Translations under genes and position numbers: made by a program | In this document: positions 26,801-37,200 of the stretch, in pieces | Layout: every line of letters begins with the position of its first letter | How positions within the stretch are numbered: position 1 is the stretch's first letter | The notes under the pieces: model-generated | What the model saw: only the letters and a program-made list of their open reading frames with translations | The model's database searches: none | Told to the model about the DNA's origin: nothing | Assembly: GCA_000934665.2 (NCBI GenBank) | Contig: JYFJ02002707.1 | Coordinates: 1-52,616 of the forward strand | Direction: 5' to 3' | DNA length: 52,616 nucleotides | Source of the DNA: Catajapyx aquilonaris | Lineage: Eukaryota

Positions 26801-29800
26801 GATAAACTAGACACAGGTTAGCACACAGCACTGGGTGCTGGGTCAGGGTCTGGGACTTTTCTACTCAGGTGACTCGGAAGTGGGCCTTATTTGATTTTAC
26901 TTGCATGAAGTAAATGCGGGTGTGGTAGTGTGTGTTATGTGAGAGCTGATGTGGGCCGATAGATATTCCGCCTCCTACGGGCCTTCCTCACATTCCAACC
27001 TTCCCTTTCTGACAGATCAATAGCACTGTGCCAAGACGTCAAGAGCCTCCGATGTCCTTTCACAACCATTACCAGTGGGAAGTTTTGTTACTCGGTGAAA
27101 CTTCGATCAAGTGCGAGTAGGTCAAAATATCCCCAACAAGGTTACAACACAAAAAAAATACAGTGGGTCAACAATAAGATAGCGGAAGACAATACGAGTT
27201 GATGACTTAATTTTCAATACTAGAAATATTTCAGCCCTTATATGAATCCCTAATTTCTTGGCACAAAAACTTGCAGTAAAAGATGGCAAGGGTTGGTGAG
27301 CTTGGCCCACAGGATCGATGATACGGTCTACATGACGACATGGGTCTCACACCCCATTTCCATATTTCACCGCCCACAAACTCAATTATTTGGACCTCCT
27401 CCAGGACAGTTTGTGCAAAGATCCTCACTATTATAGCCAAGGTCACTTCTTTAAACATAGCTTTTTGTACACCTCATTCGTTCAAACAAGGCCCACATGC
27501 TGCGATTTTGTTCTTCCCTTGAATTATAGCCGCACCGCCTGGAGACACTTTCCTACCCATGTTCCTACCCATACATCAAGGATGGCAAATATACGCACTA
27601 CATGCAAGAAAGGTCGGAAAAGCCACATCCAAGTTGAACAGTTTGTTACATCGTACTTGGAAGTTTTTGCTGCAGTTTCCGACGCTGCAGATATGTAACG
27701 CTGGCACGACCTGCATCGGAAACCGCTACCCTGCGTCTGTATAATCCATTCCGTTGTCATGACGCCAAACTTGGCTTGCATCTGCTGCAAATACGATGTT
27801 GCGACCAGGCTGTGCTCAAGCACCAGATGAGATCAAGCAACTTTCGCAACATCCATTTTTTAAGACTCGGTATTATTTTTCAAAAAAAAAAAAAACGCCA
27901 AGAAAACAAAAATTGGCAGAAAATTTCGTGACAATCCGTTTAAAACACCTTGTAAAAATGTTGGACTTGGAAAGGATTTCCGGGTAAATGTGGGCTTTGC
28001 GGTACGACTGCTTCCGAATCAACTTGCACTCATCCAAATTAACACATGTCGTGTTCCTTTTTGCCAACATCAGCTGCACTCACCGACTACCATTGCGGTT
28101 GCTGCAACCGCAAATGCGGCTGACTATAGCAGGGGCTCTGAAAATATAAATGATTTCATTCCCCATGTGTGTTCGCGGTACTATAGTCGTAAATGAGGAT
28201 TGAGATAGGCCTATAGGCTATATAATATTTCCGGACATCTTCGCTCGTATGGTTAAAATACTAGATTATCATAATGGGTGTTGGCAGTGTTTGGCAACGG
28301 ACCAGTTCAAGATTGGTTTTTGTACCGTAATTATTGTCATAGAGACTATATGATGCGCTTCTGGAAGCGGAAGTGCATGTGAGATTGTGACACAAATGAA
28401 AATCCTACTAACGATAAATGATTTCAAAACTTGTGCTCTGAAATTGGTTTCATTAGTCGTTAACGATAGGCTAATTACCAGCATGCGTATTCGGCAGATA
28501 TGTTAGTGCTTGTTATTCGAAAATGTTCCAGGATCAATAGAGTCACTCAAGCCAACTGGCAGGTTGTCTATCATGCCATTTTCATTTACACGCTAAACCA
28601 ATACTCACACGCCACGCAATAACCTGTACGTGTGAGTGATGTATAGTATCATACAGTGCACAGCACATAGTGTAACCCCACGTGATAATTCGACAACATG
28701 CCAGCCATGTATTCCTGTCGCTGCTTGAAATCCCCGAAATAATGAGACTGACAAGCATCACTATCATTGCTTATGTGACTAATTTCCAAAGAGTGCATAT
28801 GCGTCACGTACAGTACTTGGGGTAAATTAAAATTAAATTAATTTAATTCCGTAACTGCGTCACTTGGGTATAGGCAAAATATCGGTGTGCCCATTGTTGT
28901 CATGAAAGCTGACGCTGTAATTTCAACTGCTGAATAATTTATTAATTATAAACACCGTGATCACACATACATAAAACAATGGGCATGCGTAACAAGAGAA
29001 GACCACTGGCTGGCACCATGCATTGCAACAGTGTTTATGAAGTTGACGGGTCGTCACTTGAGCAGCATGTAAATAATCTGCCTGCCAGCCCGTTACAGTC
29101 GTGTCAACCAGTGCGGAAAGAAACAACAGGACCTTGGCTCCCATCATTAATCCAAAGGCCAAGCTTGACAAACGTTGAAAACAAGCCAACGAGCCATGTT
29201 GAGAGTCAAAAAGACATGTCTTCTGACCCCACCACCTCATCACAAATGACCCTCAAGTGTCGCTAGGCTACCCAGCAGGTACACAGAAAAGGACTAATCT
29301 TCCCCATATGGTCACGACACACCCCATATTCTCATGATCCAACCCACGTGATGTCGTTGACCTCCGAGCATCTTGTCAACACCACGGCGACTCGTTACTT
29401 CCATTGACTTATAGTCACAGGTGAAGCTTCGACCGTGTCCATATGGAGCCCAACAGCTGCCAGATGAATATGGGCCTAACGAGGGCAACCCTGGGCTCAT
29501 GGCCAATTTAGTCACATCCTCCTCTGCAACGTATGATGAGAGCCGATCAATTGAGTGTCATGTCAAGTCTCTCAATGTACTGGAATCAGGTGCTGGAGGA
29601 CTTCCTCTAGCATGAAATCGGGGAATACATCAAATCAACTTTTTTTTTTTCCTTCCTGGATACAATGCAATCAAGATGGCGGCGCTGAAGAACTGCTCAG
29701 GTTTGGAATGGGAATATTCCGATCGATTCTGGAATTCGAGGGCCTGGAAGGACAGCAGCCCTCGCCAACCTGGCGCTTTTCCAACTATTTTCTACTAGGC

Positions 29801-32252
29801 CAAAATACTCTCTCCACACAATCTGGAAATTTTCTCGCGTGCATTGCACGCACCCAATCTATTCCGGGGTTCCCTCAACAGCACGCGCGTAAACGTCGTT
29901 GGTAGCCGTATAGCCTACGCTGGTTCCACGAAGTTATTTGGCTTATAATGACTGATGAAGGATTAATTGCAATACTGGCTAGTGGCTCAAAAAAATCGAA
30001 TTTGAATTGGCCGGGGCAAGGGACTCTTTCCAAATTGCTTCACAACAATATAAGCCAGTACAGTATATTATAGGATGATACGAATCAGTGAGAATGAACT
30101 TAAAGTTTATTTTAGTAGACAACAATCTACTGTATAGCTATATTGGCGAATTGAAACACATAAACATGTTTAAAAATCCTAAAAGCATCACAAACTATAA
30201 TTGCTGCCTACTCTTTCCGCTGGTTGACTGTAAGTAAACAAACTTTGAATATGAACATAATAGAGCTGATACCTTCTCATTTACATTGTAAAGAGTTTTA
30301 CGTAAAAGGCCCTTCCTTACTGTGGGACCAAATTATACGCGGGATGGAAAAAAAAATAGTGATAACACTGCTTTGTCGGTGTACGCATAAATAAACCACA
30401 ACATCCGCTCACCACACTCATGCACAACTTAAAAGTGACCTTTGGGACGATTTAATTAATTATACTCTCTACAGTGCTTACTAGAACATAATTCCCTTTA
30501 AAAAGGAAATGAAGAAAAATTCGACGAAGACGGGATTCGAACCCGCGCGGGCAGAGCCCATAGGATTAGCAGTCCAACGCCTTAACCACTCGGCCACCTC
30601 GTCTGTTAATTAATCATCACACTCTACCGTTCACTTGATTAGGTTAATTGTGTGCGTTGACAGTTTTGCCCAGAGATGGCGGAATATTGAGGGGTTGGTT
30701 AGGTTAGAGCACGGGTTAGAAGTTGAGTGTGTACTCGTCAGGGAGCTTTGATGTGGCCCCGATTGGCACACTATACTATAGGCTACACTCAGGAGGCGGA
30801 AAGTCAACAGCCTAAGGCAGACTGTGTTTTTATTACTCGGTTAATTGAAAAGTAATAACGTAATAACGGATGTAACAGAAACGTCAGAAAGTGATGGTCA
30901 ATGGTTAGTCTCCCGAGAACCGGGGTTTGTCTGATAATATATATTTTTAAATCCATTCTGGCACCCTTTCACTGCATTTCTTGCAGTACTGTACCTCACC
31001 TGGGTCAGTTATTCAAGTTTTCACAATGTCACAATTTAGGCCTACTGTTCACTATATTAACTTAATATGTAGGCTATATGTTGTTTCATTCCAAGATGGT
31101 CCTAGGTTTTATTATTGAAAGGTCCTGAATAGGATATTACTATGATATAATTATGATATGCGCAGACAGTAGCACTCTATTTCACGGTAAGGTCCATGAG
31201 CCAGTGAAGACACAGCATGCAAACTGCATTATTGCATAATACGAGTCATTTGATATACAGTGCAATGTCAGAAGCTTTTTAGTCATCCTGCGCAAGTGTC
31301 TGCTACCAAAGCAGCCGACAAAATCACGAGAAAGCCTTCTTTCTTTCTTTCACAGCCTGCAAATGCAGATATTAATATTATCATTGGGTTTGTTACAGGA
31401 CTTCATTGACATTATCGCTATAATTATTACTTTTGTCATCACTGACAACCTCCAAAGTAAAACACTACAAAGGTCTTTGATTAAAGGTGAATATAAATAT
31501 AACTTGTTACCACATTGACCATTTGTAACTACTCTATATGCAACTGATTAATCTAGCAAGTGAACCTTATAATATCATACAGCTTTTCATATTTTAAGTG
31601 ATTCTATCTAGTTCCTGGGATTGTATAAGTGCACGTGGCAATATTTTCAGAGACAGTATTTAACATTCCTCACTATAGTGTAGGATTTTTTTAGCTAAGA
31701 CATTTGAGGGGTGTGGGGGAAAAACATGATAACTGACAATAGAGGAATTTTTCAGGAGAGCGAATTGAAGTTTGAATTTGCTTCACATATCATAGGGAAT
31801 GTTGGTTTTGATCTAGTCCGTGTGGCCGTCTCATGCATGACACATGAACTTGGAGTATACCAAACTGTTTGTCATGTCTTATACATAGTTGCTAGGTGTT
31901 TAGGTAAAAAATGACAAAAATGTCAGTAATCATGTTTTCCCCCACAGCCCTCATTTCATGTCTACGATGTAATAAAATTCCGGAAAGTTACTTGGGAATA
32001 AGATGCTTCTTGCATTATTTCAAATTATGATGCAATAATGCAGTTTGCATGCTGCGTCTTCACTTGCTCATGCTTCTCTCAGTAAAATAGAGTGATACTC
32101 TATATGCATAATTATCCTATATCCTAGTTTTTAAAAATAGTAAAAATGTATCACGTGGGCTTGTGATGGTGATTTACTCTACTGTCACTGAAATTAATAT
32201 ATCTGTCCTTTTTTAAAAAATCCATTCTCTCTCTAGTCACTTTCCAATAAGC

Positions 32253-32324
<72 letters not shown>

Positions 32325-34166
32325 GGAACCACTACAGGCCGATGCTATGTCAAGAACCCGCGAAATCAAGAGTGACTAATCGTCGCACAATGATTCATCA
32401 TCCATATACTCATTCCTTCTCATTCCGCTTGTAAGTTCATATACCGTAACTTACATTTTGTCAAACAAAGTTACCAGAGACGTCTATCTTCCAATAATCG
32501 AGATGATCCTCTAATCGGAGCGAATATACTGTGCAATTACTGTAATACTGTACTCGCTGGATTAAGCGCTTCCATCCGTGACTAATGTTCTCGAGAATGC
32601 TGCCATTCAAAGAGCCTAGCAGGAATATTAGTCACCCACTGAACAATATGCAACAGCTTTATTTACATTCCCCGTGTAATCGGCATGTGCTGAATCCCGA
32701 GTTGGAATTCGCAAACTTTTGCATGCATGGCAGGATACAAAATTATTACGAGAAATGACTGCCGAACGTGTCACATTGCAGTCAACAGTGCCCGAGCATC
32801 CATTTGCAAGTTAAATTCAATTACACGAGACTGGTCATAACATGACGAATGCAGCAACCTCCACAAAACTTATACCATCATGTTGACAACCATGTCTGTC
32901 CGGATGTACAGTACACTGTGCCATATATCAACATTGAAATGCATGTAGCTCATACTGGTGCAATGACCTTTCCATTACCACTTCCAGTTTGCCTATGGCA
33001 AAATTCCGATAATGGCGTATAGCTATCTATTTTGCTCCAGTGCAAAATTACCCGATTCCACCTCTGGCTATATGAAGTATACAGGGTGTTCCTCTGCCCA
33101 AGTTGACAATCCGGAAGATAGCGGCACGGAGAAGAGTTGACGGATTAGTCACCTCTGGAAATACACAAACAGGAGTGACTAATTCGTCTTCCCCATCTTC
33201 CAGATCGTCAACTTGGGCAGATGAACACTTAGCCCATCACCTCATGCACACCCTCGGAGTACATAGAGAGGCTCGCTCTTACCTTTTGCGAGTGGACCAT
33301 TGCTTCTTGTGTATCTCACAAGCCTCATGCTGTTGATCTCCTCAGGTACGCAATACCCGGGGTTGTTACCGACAGTCGTTCAGGCAAGATCTGGCCTCAG
33401 CAGCACCATCGCAATTACAAGCGCGCAAATGACAAAGTTCGTAGTGGGATGAAGATCGATAAAGGGCTGCTGGATGAAAGGATTTTCCACAATGTTTCCA
33501 GATGAAGAAGGAAATAACAGGCTCAACTTATTTCTTTTCTTTCTTCCAGGTCGGCCTTGGAGACACCAATAATGTCCACTTTTATGAGTCTCGCAAGGTT
33601 TTGCTAAGATTGCACCGTTGTCTCTGGTCCTAGTCAGACCTATCGTTTCACACGATGTTGACACACAACGGCTATAAAAGAGAGATGTGACGAGGATGTG
33701 TGCAACGTCAGGCTGACGTCGCATTATTGGGGCTGACGAGGCTCATTTGCATAACTATTCTGCATACTGTCGATTTCAATAAGTGAATACTAGATAGTTA
33801 CAATCCGGTTAATGTCAAACATAATTTTATTACCATTACAACTCTGCATCAGAATTGAAATGCGATTGTGACGTGAATAAACTACTGGGCGAACTACCGA
33901 AGCAGTTTGGTGGAGTGGCTATAGGGTCCGACTGCTAATCGGGAGGTCCTGGGTTCGAGCCCCGGGGCCGGCAACTCTAACCATGGTTTTATGTGGTTTC
34001 CCACGGTCCCTCCAGGAGAATTCCGGAGTTGCTTCCTAAATTAATAGGCCACAGCCGCCTCCTTCCCTATCCTATCCCAAAAAGCAAAGTAAAAATGTAC
34101 GCAAGAGTTCCAGACAAAACAAAAATCCCTCCTAAAGAGCCGAAAAAGGCTGCTAACGGGGTAAGA

Positions 34167-34237
<71 letters not shown>

Positions 34238-37200
34238 ACTGGGCGAACTGGGTATAAAGTTCGCATATCAGTTCAAATAACTAGCCTCCACGTACTAGTA
34301 GTTTCCTGAATAATATATTAGTTGCAAGTCCTTTGTTCACCGAAACAACTATTTCATCCAGGCCAAATGCAAGTGACTGGAACAGAGAGGTCCTTCTCAC
34401 ACAACAGCTACAGAAGAAAATGGCTCTTTTCCGTTCGACAAACCAAGTGGAAGGAAGCTAGATGGATTGCCAAGATCTTCCCTTCTCTCAACTTTTGAAC
34501 CAACTGAAAACGGTTTTGGCAACTTTCCCATCACTATAATGGCGATACCGTCATGGAAAATCAATGGGGGAGGTTGCCGTACTGTGTGAGTCAAGATGGA
34601 GTCGAGGGAAATGCTGGGGGTTCCATCTTGGCCAAATTCCACTCCAGTGCGTCACAGTGTGTAAGAACTCACTAAATTTACCCCCGGAGAATTTATTTGT
34701 TCCGTCTGCTTATAAACTCGGTGAGAAATTTATCACCGATGTAAGTTAACCAGATCATTTTTTTTTATGCGTGTCATACGGAAAATATAGGCGGAAATTT
34801 ACGCCACCTATTCTTCACACTTCCAGAACTTTGCTCCAATGGTCCCCTTTTTTCTTGTTCCTCCGTCGTGTTCCCAATTTTCGGGTTTATTTATCTTGGT
34901 AAGGCATGGAAAAGATGGCAGGGAGCCAGTCCTTCCACCTTGGTGCCATTTGCCCCCCCCCCCCCCCCCCCCCCCCCNTTCGCGCGATCAACCCTGATCA
35001 TGTTACCCCTTTACTGTCTCGATCTTGCGAGATTTGAAAATGGGACGTCTTTTTTGGGGGGAGCTCTGGGGTGATTTTATGTCTTCGACAGCTGCTGTCA
35101 GATATATTTTATGCCGAAAATTACTAGGGCCATGCATTTTCAATGGACGCACTTGGAAGTACGATTAAAATATCCGAGAAACTGTGCAAATTGGTATTAT
35201 CAACAGTCCTCAATCGACCAAAATATGGAAGTGTACGACAGAGGACAACCCTGTACGTCGTTGATGAATCGGTTGCGCCCAATGTGCCATATATATTCCC
35301 GCGGTCTGGAAGTTCCATTAACAATCTACCCACGTCCTGTATGTTGGCTCAGCTGCCATTTTTTTCCGTCTCTATTCTGGCTCAGTTCCCTAAGTCTCTA
35401 GCGCCTCCAAGCCCCCCTAACATTGACGTAAAATCCTAGGATTAATTCTCTCATGTGTCATCTCCCTCGGAGGACATTTCTGTCAACCAATTTAGCCGGA
35501 CACCAGTCCCACAGGGATATCTTAACAATAAAACCAAACCTATGTTCTCTGCGGCCCTATGCCCTTGGTTTCCCCATTTATTTTTTTCATCCACTGACCA
35601 CGTACAGTGGTGCTAAAAATGGGAGACTAAAATCTGACATGAAAAGTCCATCCCAAAAAATGCACGAAATGGACTCGTTTCCTCCTAAAATGCTTAGAAT
35701 GTTTGGCATGTTCGCAAGAAGTATGTGAACAGAACCTTGTACACACGCGCGCGCTCCCTAAATAAATGAGCCTGATTAAAATATCTAGGACCACATGGCG
35801 TCTGTTACAGCCAAGACTAATTGAGGCCACATTCACCAAACACCACTATATCATTCCTTGTTTTTTTTTTACATTTAAAAAATGTGTAAAAATTCACATT
35901 TCCTGGCTATTCGCAATGGTATTGAACTTCTAACACAGTGCTTCCCAAATTGTGGGTCGCGACCCCCATTTGGGGTCGCGAGGGTGGGTAACAAATTATT
36001 TTCACGAAATGATGCTTATCTTTCTTGAAAATTCACTGTTTACCTGTCTTTTCATGTTGGCGGATCGAAATGTGCACATAATTATAGGGGGGTCGCAAAT
36101 TTTACAAGATGATATTTTGGGGTCGCCAACGAAAGAAATTGGGAAGAACTGTTATCATATTGTGCTAGATTATTCCTTTTGTTATCAGAAAAACGTGGGC
36201 GTGGCTCAGTAATTTGATGACGTTAATACCGGAATCGCATACAGGCACAGGCCGACAGGCGCATACCTAAAGTCGCTAACGGAGTTTTCGCAGTTTTCTC
36301 CCGGGAGCGCTTGGGAATGGAATAATGCAATTTGACCTCAAATCTGCCACGGTCGCTGAACTTTGACACGTACAAATTCAAGTGACGTCGTCAAAATCAG
36401 CGGAAATTCGCGAACTTTTTACCAGTAAAATATCCTGAAATATCGAATCAAAATTTAATGTCGTATGAATAAATGAAGTCGCTTTTATGCGTGACCATGG
36501 CTATGAGTAACGCACAACAAAAAAGTCGATCCCTCTCAGCCCACACTCTTCCTTTTTGAGGGCACGTGTTGGAAGGAAATTAGAATCAGCTGTCTGACGA
36601 TATGCAAATGACATCACTTGATTTACAAAGAAACTTATTTCCTTGAATTGCATTAGATCCCCATCATTTGCAGAATAGGGAGGGGGGGGGGGAATCTATC
36701 CCTCTCTACTACGCTTCAAGATTGCGCAACGGTGCACAACCATTGTTGTCAGCCAATCGATAAGGTACATGGACCTCCTACGCAAACTTCGCCCTTTTCC
36801 CCTCAATTACGAACCGTTAATACATTTAAGAAACTACATTATGCAAATTGGGCCTCGACACCATCAGCCATCATTCCCCATCCAATCTTCGTATATACAA
36901 CCGGCACATCCTCACCTGTTATCCGACGACACCAAACTACAACTACCTACATCCCTCACATCCAAGCAGCCACTTTCAACTTGTCTCTAACCAGGCGGCA
37001 AGGTCCCAACGCGCACCAGAGACAACTGAGTTACGCACAAGGACAACATGGGGGCGTCGGGAGGGTTGCAGCTGGGGGCAAAGAAATAACGTTAAAAAAT
37101 GGAGCGGGAAAGAAACCTAACGAGGTTATGGTTCTGAGGAAGAGTGGTCCAGCACAGCAGGCAGGAGCCTGGGCTGTAATACTGGGCATGCGGGGTTCTT

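Noticed and set aside
28979..29905. ORFs of 64-116 aa in intron 1
   Set aside because: No recognisable motif and no convincing splice signals linking them.
33082..33724. Tc1/mariner transposase after the CAGGGTG terminus
   Set aside because: No DD34D/E motifs or matching right TIR found.
33896..33975. Additional tRNA genes at the SINE heads (also about 340-407, 11612-11690, 43120-43197, 50735-50809)
   Set aside because: Acceptor stems are broken and each continues into a SINE core and tail.
32151..34235. Poly-Ile, poly-Tyr and poly-Asn ORFs (32151-, 33993+, 4107-)
   Set aside because: Reading through (AAT)n/(ATT)n microsatellites and SINE/LINE tails.
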